Under the pieces are notes generated by a model, which saw only the letters and a list, made by a program, of their open reading frames with translations, made no database searches and had not been told where the DNA came from. Positions 1 to 9,623 of a stretch of 64,000 nucleotides of DNA are shown piece after piece. Both the position numbers and the translations under genes were made by a program. Source of the stretch: Bacteroidota bacterium (lineage in GTDB: Bacteria; Bacteroidota; Ignavibacteria; Kapaibacteriales; UBA2268); NCBI GenBank assembly GCA_040264895.1, contig JBDQHL010000003.1:72-64071 (forward strand), read 5' to 3'. Every line of letters starts with the position of its first letter. Within the stretch, counting starts at the first letter, position 1.

Positions 1-2604
1 TTCAACTTTATAGCAAATGAAGTGAACAAGCTAATACCTGAAGATCAGGATGTAGTAAAGGAGATAAAGCTACTGGAAGTTGACAAAATAGGAGAATACA
101 ACCCTATTGATGCTACCTTGAAAGTAAAAGTATCAGACTTTTCTTTCATAACAGCTTTTCTTGACGATATAAATTTAAGAATGAATACGGAGCTAAATTT
201 TCATTTATTTGCTGACAAAGAAGAAAGTTCATTATACATAAACAAGTTATTGGTTGAAGATTTTTACTACAACAAAGGTGAACAAACCATATCTACTAAT
301 AAGGTGGAAGCAGAAGGTGGACTATATATGAAAATACAAGACTCAATGTCTGTATTTTCTGACTTTGATTTGAAAGCCAATGCTGAAAATAGAATATCAA
401 TAAATAGCAATTCATTCAACTATCCACAAATTTCACTTGAATTCGATGGAGAACAATTTGATTTTACAGGTGCATCGGATATAAACAATCAGATTGATAT
501 TGCATTTGACGGAAGTACGAATATTATACCTGGTGGAATAAAATTAGGTTTTTCTCGATTAGATTTATCATACAAAGATGAATATACATTACAACTCAGT
601 GAAGATATTGATGCAAAATTTGTTGATGGTGGTTTTACAATAAACTCAATGGATTTAGAAAATCCCAATTCGGATGAAAAATTATTAATTAGTGGTGAGT
701 ACAACTCAAATAATGAGAAGTTTTCTGATTTTAGTTTTGTAATTAGTAGTCTCGATATTAAAGGGATAAAACCATTCCTACCAAGAAAAAACCAGGAACA
801 ATTTGAACAAATAGACGGTAAAATAGACTCACTTCAAATATTGATCAACGGTAGTGTTTCTAGCCCAGAGTTGGACTTTTTTGTCTCATCGAATGATATA
901 AAAGTCAATGAACAAATGGTTGGTGATATCAAAACAGAGCTAAAATACAGAAACAAAGACCTTAAGGGTAAATTGGTAATAGACCACTACAATGATGAGA
1001 AAGATTTTCCAGAATTAATAAAAGGGCAAATAAACTCATTGCCACTAGATCTATCATTTGTTGGCGTAGAAGATAGGTTCAATACTGGTAAGAATACAGA
1101 TATAGAGTTTGATATAGACTCCTTACCACTATCTATAGTTAGTCCTTTTATACCCTCTATTAGTTATCTGAAAGGTACTGGGAAGGGTAAATTGATGATT
1201 GATGGAACTTTGCCAGATGGACTTAACTTAAATGGAATTATTAGGTTCAATAATTCTTCATTCTTAGTAGATGCAACTAATGTTAGTTATAAAGCCAAAG
1301 GTGGATTGATTTTGAAAGAGAATACTGTCTTTTTAGAAGACGTAATTCTATATAATCAACAAGATGACTTGAGCAACGGAAGAGCTGAAGTATCTGGTAA
1401 AATTGAATTAGAGAATCTAGATATAAATAAACTCGATCTTGGGTTAAAAACAAATAGATTTTTAGTCATGAGAGATGAGACCCAAAAAGTAAAAAAGGAC
1501 TTATATGGCAGACTTATTATTTCAACTGAAGAGGATTCTCTGAGGTTTTGGGGCACATTACAAAAGCCAAATCTTGAAGGTTATGTAGCTTTAGAGTCAG
1601 CTAACTTGAAATTGCCAGATGAAGAAGAAATACAGTTAGTTAAATCAAAGTTCATTTATAGAAGAAAGGGAGACTTAATAACTGCGAGCTATGGTAGAGC
1701 CGATAGTGTTAAAGTGAAAAAAGTCGCAAAAGCGCAAGAAGTTCAAGAAAGTCTTATGGAGCTCCTAAATATTGATTTAGATTTAGAATTCAGAGGTAGA
1801 ACACTAGTAGATATGCAAATAAATCAATTCCTTAGAACAAGTGTAATTTTAGGAACCCCAATAAATGTCAAAAGTATTAGATACGTTAAAAAAAGAGATA
1901 ATAAAGAGGCGAAGCTATATGGAAGAATAATATTGAAAGAAGGAAGTAAGCTATCATTCTTTAAAACATTTGAGATAAGTGGTGATATAAATTTCCCAAC
2001 CGGCAATATATCAAACCCTCAGCTTGATCTAAAAGCAGAATATCAAGGCACAACTAAAGATTACAAACAATTCAATGTAGAAATATATGTTACTGGTACT
2101 AAAGACAACCCTATCCTGAGGTTTGAATATGATGTAGCAGGTGAATCTGGTTATGGTGATAAAGAGGAAAAATTATCAAATATTATAACACTACTCTTAA
2201 CTGGCAGTTCTTCTGACAGCAATAGAAATGGTAATGGAAATCAAGTTATTAATTTAGAGAGTAGCATAGCATCGGATATTTTGACTCGTCAAATTTCAAA
2301 AGAATTAGGTAAATTGGGTTTGAGTGCTCAAATAGACTTCGATGATAACTTTGAAGATGCAAGAGTTAAAATTGGTGGTGATATAGTTGGAGGAGCCAGA
2401 TGGTCATTTGGTGGTAATGTAAATGATATAAGCGGTTCGAGATTAGAGATTGAAATACCATTAGATGATTTTATTAATCTGACAGAAGAAGAATGGCTAA
2501 ACATACTGCTTAATTTTACATATGTAAATTCGCCGGAAACAATAAGGACAGATGAAAATCAAATTCACTGGGAAGGGAAATTAAAATTAGGTGGTAGCTG
2601 GTAA
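1..2604 (+). CDS. Large TamB/AsmA-like translocation-assembly-module protein, C-terminal 860+ aa; reading frame is open to the window start, so 5'-partial
   Basis: Frame is open from nt 1; long beta-rich repetitive sequence with a Gly-rich C-terminal segment reminiscent of DUF490/TamB. Assignment is by composition and architecture only. Confidence 0.4.
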   Translation, partial: FNFIANEVNKLIPEDQDVVKEIKLLEVDKIGEYNPIDATLKVKVSDFSFITAFLDDINLRMNTELNFHLFADKEESSLYINKLLVEDFYYNKGEQTISTNKVEAEGGLYMKIQDSMSVFSDFDLKANAENRISINSNSFNYPQISLEFDGEQFDFTGASDINNQIDIAFDGSTNIIPGGIKLGFSRLDLSYKDEYTLQLSEDIDAKFVDGGFTINSMDLENPNSDEKLLISGEYNSNNEKFSDFSFVISSLDIKGIKPFLPRKNQEQFEQIDGKIDSLQILINGSVSSPELDFFVSSNDIKVNEQMVGDIKTELKYRNKDLKGKLVIDHYNDEKDFPELIKGQINSLPLDLSFVGVEDRFNTGKNTDIEFDIDSLPLSIVSPFIPSISYLKGTGKGKLMIDGTLPDGLNLNGIIRFNNSSFLVDATNVSYKAKGGLILKENTVFLEDVILYNQQDDLSNGRAEVSGKIELENLDINKLDLGLKTNRFLVMRDETQKVKKDLYGRLIISTEEDSLRFWGTLQKPNLEGYVALESANLKLPDEEEIQLVKSKFIYRRKGDLITASYGRADSVKVKKVAKAQEVQESLMELLNIDLDLEFRGRTLVDMQINQFLRTSVILGTPINVKSIRYVKKRDNKEAKLYGRIILKEGSKLSFFKTFEISGDINFPTGNISNPQLDLKAEYQGTTKDYKQFNVEIYVTGTKDNPILRFEYDVAGESGYGDKEEKLSNIITLLLTGSSSDSNRNGNGNQVINLESSIASDILTRQISKELGKLGLSAQIDFDDNFEDARVKIGGDIVGGARWSFGGNVNDISGSRLEIEIPLDDFINLTEEEWLNILLNFTYVNSPETIRTDENQIHWEGKLKLGGSW

Positions 2605-2605
2605 T

Positions 2606-3550
2606 CTATAATTTTTCAGCTACTCTTAGCTTTGCACTTCGTGCTCTTTTGTTTCTTTTTATTTCCTCGTCAGAAGGAACTTGTGGTGACTTAGTTAGCA
2701 ACTTAATTACAGGCTCTATCGCAACATAGTTCCCATACACTTTCTCTTCATCGGTAATTGCATCTCTTCTTTTAGCTGCAAACTTTTTAAATACATCTTT
2801 TACTATTCTATCTTCTAGTGAGTGATAAGATAATATAACAATTCTTCCACCTTTTTCTAATTTTGGAATAATATTAGTTAGGGTATCTTGTAAAACCTTA
2901 AGCTCTGAATTAACTTCTATCCTAATCGCTTGGAAAACTCTTGAAAGAGATTTGAATTGTAGGTGAGTAGGTACGACATCTTCCACAATCTGACGCAGTT
3001 CATTGGTAGTAGAAAGGGAAGTAGCACGACGGACCTCGTCGATGCGTCGCGCTATCTTTCTGGAAAAGGGCTCTTCACCAAAATCTTTGAAAATTCTGAT
3101 TAGTTCTTCCTCTGTTGCTACATGCAACAAGTCCTTTGCAGTTCTTCCTTCAGTCCCAAACCTCATGTCAAGTTCGAAATCGAACCGGTAGCTTATCCCC
3201 CGACTGCTACCGTCTAACTGATTGGAAGATACACCTAAGTCTAGCAAAAGACCACTTATTGTCCCTTCTCTCTCCTTTATGCTGTATGCCTTATCGAAAC
3301 CTTCGTTCCGTAGTATTAACATACCATTTTCTAGCTCTGTAGAAAATCTTTTCTGACAGTGTGCTATTGCATCTGGGTCTTTGTCAAAGGAAATCAGAAG
3401 TCCCCCACTGTCTAATTTTTTCAAAATAGCTGATGTGTGCCCTCCACCTCCGAGAGTCCCATCTACATACATACCAGCTTTGTTAGCGACCAAATAGTCA
3501 ACACATTCGCTAAGTAGTACTGGGTCATGATAATCATATTCATTCCCCAT
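2606..3550 (-). CDS. rsmH: 16S rRNA (cytosine1402-N4)-methyltransferase RsmH (MraW)
   Basis: N-terminus 'YHDPVLLSECVDYL...DGTLGGGGHTSAIL' is the canonical RsmH SAM-binding motif; sits directly downstream of mraZ. Confidence 0.9.
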   Translation of the reverse strand: MGNEYDYHDPVLLSECVDYLVANKAGMYVDGTLGGGGHTSAILKKLDSGGLLISFDKDPDAIAHCQKRFSTELENGMLILRNEGFDKAYSIKEREGTISGLLLDLGVSSNQLDGSSRGISYRFDFELDMRFGTEGRTAKDLLHVATEEELIRIFKDFGEEPFSRKIARRIDEVRRATSLSTTNELRQIVEDVVPTHLQFKSLSRVFQAIRIEVNSELKVLQDTLTNIIPKLEKGGRIVILSYHSLEDRIVKDVFKKFAAKRRDAITDEEKVYGNYVAIEPVIKLLTKSPQVPSDEEIKRNKRARSAKLRVAEKL

Positions 3551-3560
3551 AGCTATTGCC

Positions 3561-4013
3561 TCATTCTTCTTTCTTTGTCATTACAAATTTTGCCACATCT
3601 TCGTAGCTTTCACCAAAGTTATTAATGCTTTCCTCAAATGTTTCTGGATTCCAAAATTCAATTTTGTCAACCATTCCCATTATTAATACTTTTTTCTCAA
3701 CCCCTGCAAACTCAATTAGTCGCTTGGGTAGTGAAATTCTGTTCTGAGAATCAAGACTAACCTCATCACTCCACATGAGTAATACTCTAAGGAAATATCT
3801 ATTCTTCTCATCATATTGATTTAGTGATTGTAGTTGTGTCTGGTACTTTTTCCACTCATCCATAGGGTAAGCTACTATACAGTTATCTGTTCCCCTTGTT
3901 ACTACAAAAGTGTCGTTTGATTCTGATGAAAGCATTTTTCGCATTTTTGCAGGGATATTCACTCGACCTTTCGAGTCTAAAGAATATGTTTCTTGACCTT
4001 GAAAAAATGACAC
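3561..4013 (-). CDS. mraZ: Transcriptional regulator MraZ
   Basis: About 150 aa, duplicated MraZ-type halves ('LDSKGRVNIPAKMR...'); immediately upstream of rsmH as in dcw clusters. Confidence 0.85.
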   Translation of the reverse strand: MSFFQGQETYSLDSKGRVNIPAKMRKMLSSESNDTFVVTRGTDNCIVAYPMDEWKKYQTQLQSLNQYDEKNRYFLRVLLMWSDEVSLDSQNRISLPKRLIEFAGVEKKVLIMGMVDKIEFWNPETFEESINNFGESYEDVAKFVMTKKEE

Positions 4014-4048
4014 TTTAACACCTTACTTTTTACAAACGTAGGTAATTT

Positions 4049-4078
4049 AACACACTTTCTACCACTTTCACCCACTTT
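4049..4078 (-). promoter_or_regulatory. Candidate MraZ operator: three direct repeats with 10-bp periodicity (minus-strand AAGTGGG / AAGTGGT / AAGTGTG), 35-65 nt upstream of the mraZ start
   Basis: Plus strand 'aacacactttctaccactttcacccacttt'. MraZ proteins autoregulate by binding GTGGG-like direct repeats spaced one helical turn apart in their own promoter. Confidence 0.4.
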
Positions 4079-4299
4079 GGTACTCGCAATTAATGAAAAA
4101 TATATTTAAGTACAAAACTTTATTTTATAAATTTTACTTTTAATTTCTAACAATCAGTGTTTTTCAGGATGTTGCGAAGAAATTATAAAAGAATTGAAGT
4201 TATCTAGAACAAGATATTACTCTTCTTCAAAGAACTCCTGTTCAGATTGTCTTAACGCTATTTTGAATGATAATGTATAATTGTGGTATAAAGTGGGGC

Positions 4300-4330
4300 A
4301 AAAAAAAAGCCGAGTGAATTACTCGGCTTC
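4300..4330 (-). terminator. Rho-independent terminator of the SDR gene (GCCGAGT...ACTCGGC hairpin followed by a T-run on the minus strand)
   Basis: Plus strand 'aaaaaaaaagccgagtgaattactcggcttc'; the reverse complement gives a stem-loop followed by T9. Confidence 0.6.
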
Positions 4331-4352
4331 GTGAAAATCTTTTATAAATTTT

Positions 4353-5207
4353 TTACAATTGTCCATGGGGAGGTTTTGGCTTACCTTCTTCATCTTCTAA
4401 CCAATCAAAATATTCGAACACGGCATCTCCACCATCAATTCTAATAATTTCACCAGTCATAAAGAGCAAATCAGGGTTACAGAGTGCTAGCACCAAAGCA
4501 GCAACATCTTTTGGAGTAGTTACCCTGCCCATTGGGTTTTGCATTTCAGCTAACTTAATCATACTTGGGAATCCAGGTATTTTACTAGCTGCAGGAGTAT
4601 TAGTAACTCCGGCAAAGATACAGTTGGCTGATATACCGTGAGGAGCTAACTCAATTGCTAGTTGTCTTGTGTATGATTCTATTGCAGCTTTTGCAGCTGA
4701 AACAGCACCATAATTTAACATTGCTTTACTTGAACCAACACTAGTAAATGACAATATTCTAGCATTATTAGAAAACAAACCTGCTTTGAATACATCTTGT
4801 GTCCAATAAACTAAACTATTAGCCATGACATCCATAGTCATTTCTAGTTGTTTTTTTGTTATCTGTGAGTCTTCGTGATCTGTAACTAAGTACTTCAAAG
4901 TACCAAACGCCAGAGAGTGTATTAACACATCTAATTGGTGTCCCTCAACTTTCTCAGCATTTTCAGCTATCGCCTCTACAACTGCTTTTCTGTTTTTGTC
5001 ATCGGCAGCGTTCTTATTAAAGAAGTGAACATCTACACCAATTTCAATTAATTCATCTCTGAACTCTTCAGCTTTCTTACGGTTTTGACCCAAATCCATA
5101 TGAACACCGTAGATATTGTAGCCATTCTCTGCTAATTTTCTGGCAGTAGCTTTCCCAAATCCACTTGATACGCCAAGTATCAAAGCATAAGGTTTTTTCG
5201 AACTCAT
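4353..5207 (-). CDS. SDR-family oxidoreductase, enoyl-ACP reductase-like (FabI/FabL-type Y-x-x-x-K region)
   Basis: 'LILGVSSGFGKATARKL' Rossmann motif; C-terminal half resembles the FabI substrate/NAD region ('SVGSSKAMLNYGAVSAAKAAIESYTRQLAIEL'). Confidence 0.55.
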   Translation of the reverse strand: MSSKKPYALILGVSSGFGKATARKLAENGYNIYGVHMDLGQNRKKAEEFRDELIEIGVDVHFFNKNAADDKNRKAVVEAIAENAEKVEGHQLDVLIHSLAFGTLKYLVTDHEDSQITKKQLEMTMDVMANSLVYWTQDVFKAGLFSNNARILSFTSVGSSKAMLNYGAVSAAKAAIESYTRQLAIELAPHGISANCIFAGVTNTPAASKIPGFPSMIKLAEMQNPMGRVTTPKDVAALVLALCNPDLLFMTGEIIRIDGGDAVFEYFDWLEDEEGKPKPPHGQL

Positions 5208-5330
5208 GATAGTACCCTTTTTAGAAGTATTGATTTTAATTTTTTTTAATTTAACAAAATTTTATTTCATATCTAAGAACCTTATCTTTGGATTAATAAA
5301 TATTTCTGAGAAATTTATCCTTTATACCAT

Positions 5331-6131
5331 ATGAGCAATATAAAACCACCCCGACCGGAGAAAAATTCTACCGAAAGTGAAAGATTTGAAAAATTTATGG
5401 AATTAGTTCGAATACTAAGACGTGAGTGTCCTTGGGATAAAAAGCAAACAAATGAATCAATCGCACACCTAACAATTGAAGAAAGTTATGAAATATTAGA
5501 TGCTATAGAACTAAATGATGACAAAGAGCTTGCAAAAGAATTAGGTGATGTTCTATTGCATGTATTACTACATAGCGTGATTGCAGAACAGAGAGAAGCA
5601 TTCAACATTTCGGATATCATAGAAGAAGTACATGAGAAAATGATACATCGACACCCACATGTTTTTGGTTCCGTTAAAGTAGAAAGTGATGAAGACGTAG
5701 TTCAAAACTGGGAAGCTTTAAAAAAGAAAGAAGGTAAAGTCTCGGCATTAGACGGAATCCCCAAAGGTCTACCCTCTCTTTTGAAAGCAGAGCGAATGCA
5801 ACATAAGGCATCTAAAGTTGGTTTTGACTGGGATGATAAAAATAAAGTCTGGGATAAAGTCTTCGAAGAGATTGAAGAATTAAAAGAAACACTAAATAAT
5901 AACTCTGCTAAAAGAAAAGAAGAAGAGTTTGGCGATGTGTTATTCTCACTAGTTAACACTGCTAGACACGAAGGAATAGTACCAGAAAAAGCACTAAATA
6001 GTACTAACAATAAATTCATCAGACGTTTTCAATACATAGAAGCAGAAGCAAAAAAGTCTGGAAAAGACTTGAATAATATGAGTTTAGATGAAATGGACAT
6101 ACTATGGGAGAAGTCCAAAACAAAGACATAA
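5331..6131 (+). CDS. mazG: Nucleoside triphosphate pyrophosphohydrolase MazG
   Basis: 'LRRECPWDKKQTNESIAHLTIEESYEILDAIE' and a second EExxE repeat, the typical tandem MazG domains. Confidence 0.85.
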   Translation: MSNIKPPRPEKNSTESERFEKFMELVRILRRECPWDKKQTNESIAHLTIEESYEILDAIELNDDKELAKELGDVLLHVLLHSVIAEQREAFNISDIIEEVHEKMIHRHPHVFGSVKVESDEDVVQNWEALKKKEGKVSALDGIPKGLPSLLKAERMQHKASKVGFDWDDKNKVWDKVFEEIEELKETLNNNSAKRKEEEFGDVLFSLVNTARHEGIVPEKALNSTNNKFIRRFQYIEAEAKKSGKDLNNMSLDEMDILWEKSKTKT

Positions 6132-6327
6132 TTCATTAGTTGTTTTTATTCCAAACATTGCTGTTGCAGTAGGAAAATTGCAAGCTATTGGGAAATCGTG
6201 GGTATATCTGCAAATTGGTTTTATGCTTTTGCTTGGTGTATTAATACTAATCTATTTTTTTGTAAAAGAAGGTAACCATGGACCTAACGAATATGGTCCT
6301 GACCCAAAAGGTGAAATAGCTTATTAA
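6088..6327 (+). pseudogene. Degenerate DUF805 (YhaH-like inner-membrane protein) remnant overlapping the mazG 3' end
   Basis: C-terminus '...LLLGVLILIYFFVKEGNHGPNEYGPDPKGE' is the DUF805 signature tail, but the N-terminal GRxxRxEYW/RRLHD motifs are mutated and about 35 aa of the TM region are missing. Confidence 0.4.
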
Positions 6328-6369
6328 AAAGCTAAGTGATGATACTAAGGGAATTAAGAGCTATAGAGT

Positions 6370-7434
6370 CTATTGATTTATTACATCAATAAGATTTTTG
6401 TAGCTCTTTTCTTTGTTGAAATTTTCTGCTATATGTTTGTAACCAGCCTTTCCATAGCTTTCTCTTAATTCTTTATTTTTAGTTAGTTTAACAATAGCAT
6501 TTTTTAATTCAAGTACATTGAAAGGGGTGATTAAAATACCAGTCTTATTATTATGGATTAACTCTGGGTTACTACTGATATCGAATCCAACTAAAGAAAG
6601 TTCATGCAACATTGCTTCCGCAATAGAATAACCAAAACCCTCATACTCTGAACTACATAAATAAATATCTAGTCCATTCATGAATTCATGTACATCATCA
6701 TAAAATCCTACTAACTTAATAAGATTGCCAAGTTGTTTTTCTTCAATTTCACCTCTTAATTCCTGTTCTAACTCTCCTTTACCAGCTATTTTTATTATTA
6801 CATCAGCATCTTCATTTTTTAGAAGTTCAGCGAGCTCAATAATGTAATTCAAACCTTTTTGCTTTGTTAAACGTGATGCATTACCAATGACAATTTTATT
6901 GCTATCATTCTGACCATTTTTATATTTCTTCACATCGACACTATTATAAACAATATGCTTCTTTGTTGTAATAGAATCTTCACTAATATCTTTAAAAAAT
7001 GCTTTTTTTGTTGCTTCCGAGTTGAATATTATATCTGTAACCAAAGCAGAATAGATAAACCTATTTGCGTTTGTCCACTTCACAGGTCTAGCAATTCCCC
7101 GTCTGTAAATTACTCTAATATTAAGTTTTTTGCATATCAATGCTATGGTCTTCAGATCTCTAGAGTCATTTACTATTACAACATCTATATTTCTTGATGT
7201 TAAATAGTTTGCTATTTTTTTATTTTTTATAAAATTAAAGTAAGTAAAAGGTGTTATATCTACTTCAAAATGATTAATTCCAGTCTTTGAAATTCTCTTT
7301 TTTAGCTCCCCCACTTCATTTAAAATAAAACTAATATCATAACCTATCGCTGAAAGAGCTTTCGCATTCTGAAAATGCCATTTTTCACCGCCCCCCCAGA
7401 ATTTAGTCGTGTTGACAAAGCAGATGCGTTTCAT
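6370..7434 (-). CDS. Glycosyltransferase family 4 (GT-B, EX7E motif)
   Basis: 'SSEYEGFGYSIAEAMLHELSLVGFDISSNPELI' is the GT4 retaining-transferase signature. Confidence 0.8.
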   Translation of the reverse strand: MKRICFVNTTKFWGGGEKWHFQNAKALSAIGYDISFILNEVGELKKRISKTGINHFEVDITPFTYFNFIKNKKIANYLTSRNIDVVIVNDSRDLKTIALICKKLNIRVIYRRGIARPVKWTNANRFIYSALVTDIIFNSEATKKAFFKDISEDSITTKKHIVYNSVDVKKYKNGQNDSNKIVIGNASRLTKQKGLNYIIELAELLKNEDADVIIKIAGKGELEQELRGEIEEKQLGNLIKLVGFYDDVHEFMNGLDIYLCSSEYEGFGYSIAEAMLHELSLVGFDISSNPELIHNNKTGILITPFNVLELKNAIVKLTKNKELRESYGKAGYKHIAENFNKEKSYKNLIDVINQ

Positions 7435-8204
7435 TTGCTTGCCTTGCTATTTAGCTGATACAATTTTAAATATTTTAGATACTTTGCATAGGCAGAGTTC
7501 TTAGCAACTACATAACCATAGAATCCATCTAAAAATCCAAGTCTAAGAATATAATCACGTATGAATTTGAAGAATGAGTTGAACAGTATTTTTGATATGC
7601 TACTCTTCATTCCTTTTGTTTGCATCGCCTCAGCGGCGATGGTTGTAAACTTTTGTATCTGCTCAATGTGTTGATCTATACTATCAATAGAGTAGTGAAG
7701 TAAATCACCTTCTAATTGCTTTATTTTAATATCTTCTGTTAACACAACTTTATCATGAGGGTTTGTTCCAGCCCAATTTCCAAGCTTTTTTTCCCATAAT
7801 CTAAGTTTAGTATCAGGATACCAACCTCCATGGTGTATCCACTTTCCGCAAAAGTTAGTTAACCTATTAAATTTATAGGCTTTATGGGTTGGGTTATTTT
7901 TAATGGTTAGGATTGAGTTTATTAACTCTTCAGAAAGCACCTCGTCTGCATCTAATGACAAAACGTAATCATAATTCGCTTTTTGTAGTGCAAAGTTTTT
8001 CTGCTCTATATAGCCTAAGAATTCTTGCTTTATTACTATGGCACCTTTCGATTCACATATTTCTACTGTTTTGTCAGTTGATAACGAATCTACAACAATT
8101 ATCTCATCAGCCACCGCTGATAAAGAGTCCAGGCACATACCTATCTTATCTTCTTCATTATAGGCTATAATAACTGCTGATAATTTCATAATAGGCTGCA
8201 ACAA
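7431..8204 (-). CDS. Glycosyltransferase family 2 (LPS-core/KdtX-like)
   Basis: 'LSAVIIAYNEEDKIGMCLDSL...DEIIVVDSLSTDKT' is the GT2 DxD-type N-terminus; overlaps GT4 by 4 nt. Confidence 0.8.
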   Translation of the reverse strand: MLQPIMKLSAVIIAYNEEDKIGMCLDSLSAVADEIIVVDSLSTDKTVEICESKGAIVIKQEFLGYIEQKNFALQKANYDYVLSLDADEVLSEELINSILTIKNNPTHKAYKFNRLTNFCGKWIHHGGWYPDTKLRLWEKKLGNWAGTNPHDKVVLTEDIKIKQLEGDLLHYSIDSIDQHIEQIQKFTTIAAEAMQTKGMKSSISKILFNSFFKFIRDYILRLGFLDGFYGYVVAKNSAYAKYLKYLKLYQLNSKASK

Positions 8205-8220
8205 TTATTGCAGTGTGAGT

Positions 8221-9618
8221 TTATTTTTTCTTTCGGTATTGTTGCACATCAATGTCATACTTTCGTATTTTATTATGCAATGTTTCTCGGCTAATATCAA
8301 GCTGAGCAGCAGACTTACTTACATTTCCTTTGCATCGGTCTAATGTTGATTCAATCTTACGCTTATCTACTTGTTGTAAATCTTCTTTTAGAGTTCTGTC
8401 AGACGAAAGAAAAGCTTCAGTTTTAGAATCAACAACGGGAGTAGATGAGTTTGATTTTAACATTTTGTGTACATCATTAACTTCTATTTCTTCACTCTTC
8501 ACAGTCTGTAATATCACTCTCACTAAACTCGCCAATTCTCTTACATTACCTTTCCAAAGCTGTTCAGCCATGAATTCGATTGCAGCAGGAGAAAAAACTT
8601 TGTTTTCGTTGAAGTTATCATTGTGAATCTTCAGATAATAGTCAACTATTACTGGTATGTCTTCTTTTCTTTCTCTTAGGGGTGGAATAAATATTTCGCA
8701 TTCACGCAATCTGTGATATAACGGCTCTCTAAAAGTTCCGTCTTTCATCTCTTGTACTAGATTTTTATCAGTAGCAGACACAATACGCACATCTACATCT
8801 TCGCTTTCTACTGAACCAACTTTACGAACTTGGCGTTCCTCGATTGGTATTAGCAAGTTACTTTGTAAATCAAGTGGCATATCACCTATCTCATCTAAAA
8901 ATAGTGTCCCTCTGTGAGCCTTATGAAAAAGCCCGCGCTTTGTTTCTGTTGCGCCTGAAAATGCACCTTTAATATGTCCAAATAATTCACTTTGGAACAA
9001 TTCTTTTGGGATATTAGGTATATCAACAGTGACTATAGAACTTTTTGTTCTTCTTGAAATAGCGTGTATTGCTTTTGCGACTAATTTTTTACCTGTTCCT
9101 GTCTCCCCTGTCACTAATATATTCAAGTCCGTTCTACCAAACCTAATTATCTGATCACCCAGTTCAACCATAGCAGGGCTATTACCAATAAGTCCGTGCA
9201 TTTTTAAGAAGTTTAAAATCTCTTTCGTTTCACCTTTAGCTTCAGCTTTACTTATAGCACTTTCTAAGACTTCCTTTATCTTATCTTTGCTAACAACACT
9301 TTTTTCTATGAAGTTAACGGCACCTAACTTAGTTGCTTTTACTGCTGTTTCAATTGAACCTTTCCCAGAGATCATAACAATGGGGATAGAAGGATATTTT
9401 TTTCGAGAATATTCTAAAATATCTAAGCCAGTCTTAGAAACAGATGGGCCAAATTCTATATCAAGTAATGCAAGAGCAATCTCTTTGTTGCCTTCATCTA
9501 AATTACTCATAGCTGTTTCTGGGTCATTGCACATGATTGTTTCGTAACCGAAACCCTGCACTATGTCAGAGACTGTTGAGCAAAAATCTGGATTATCGTC
9601 AGCTATTAAAACTTTCAT
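8221..9618 (-). CDS. Sigma-54-dependent response regulator (NtrC family: REC + AAA+ sigma-54 activator + Fis-type HTH)
   Basis: Receiver domain ('KVLIADDN', 'LLDIEF'), Walker A 'GETGTGKKLVAKAIH', 'GAFSGA' sigma-54 contact loop, C-terminal HTH 'SKSAAQLDISRETLHNKIRKY'. No sensor kinase in the window. Confidence 0.85.
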   Translation of the reverse strand: MKVLIADDNPDFCSTVSDIVQGFGYETIMCNDPETAMSNLDEGNKEIALALLDIEFGPSVSKTGLDILEYSRKKYPSIPIVMISGKGSIETAVKATKLGAVNFIEKSVVSKDKIKEVLESAISKAEAKGETKEILNFLKMHGLIGNSPAMVELGDQIIRFGRTDLNILVTGETGTGKKLVAKAIHAISRRTKSSIVTVDIPNIPKELFQSELFGHIKGAFSGATETKRGLFHKAHRGTLFLDEIGDMPLDLQSNLLIPIEERQVRKVGSVESEDVDVRIVSATDKNLVQEMKDGTFREPLYHRLRECEIFIPPLRERKEDIPVIVDYYLKIHNDNFNENKVFSPAAIEFMAEQLWKGNVRELASLVRVILQTVKSEEIEVNDVHKMLKSNSSTPVVDSKTEAFLSSDRTLKEDLQQVDKRKIESTLDRCKGNVSKSAAQLDISRETLHNKIRKYDIDVQQYRKKK

Positions 9619-9623
9619 CTAAA

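Noticed and set aside
489-704. Short antisense ORFs inside long genes (489-704, 1356-1556, 1824-2006, 3003-3342, 5702-6019, 6955-7197, 7913-8170, 8330-8626, 9287-9547, 12808-13101, 13291-13791, 15198-15425, 17137-17418, 18429-19525, 22967-23502, 25857-26135, 31034-31336, 32439-32909, 35119-35586, 39630-40128, 41887-44639, 46598-47275, 55837-56034, 57391-57923, 59942-60127, 63057-63371 etc.)
   Set aside because: All lie entirely within, and antisense or out of frame to, well-supported genes with recognisable domains; low-complexity, Ser/Ile/Leu-rich translations typical of AT-rich antisense noise.
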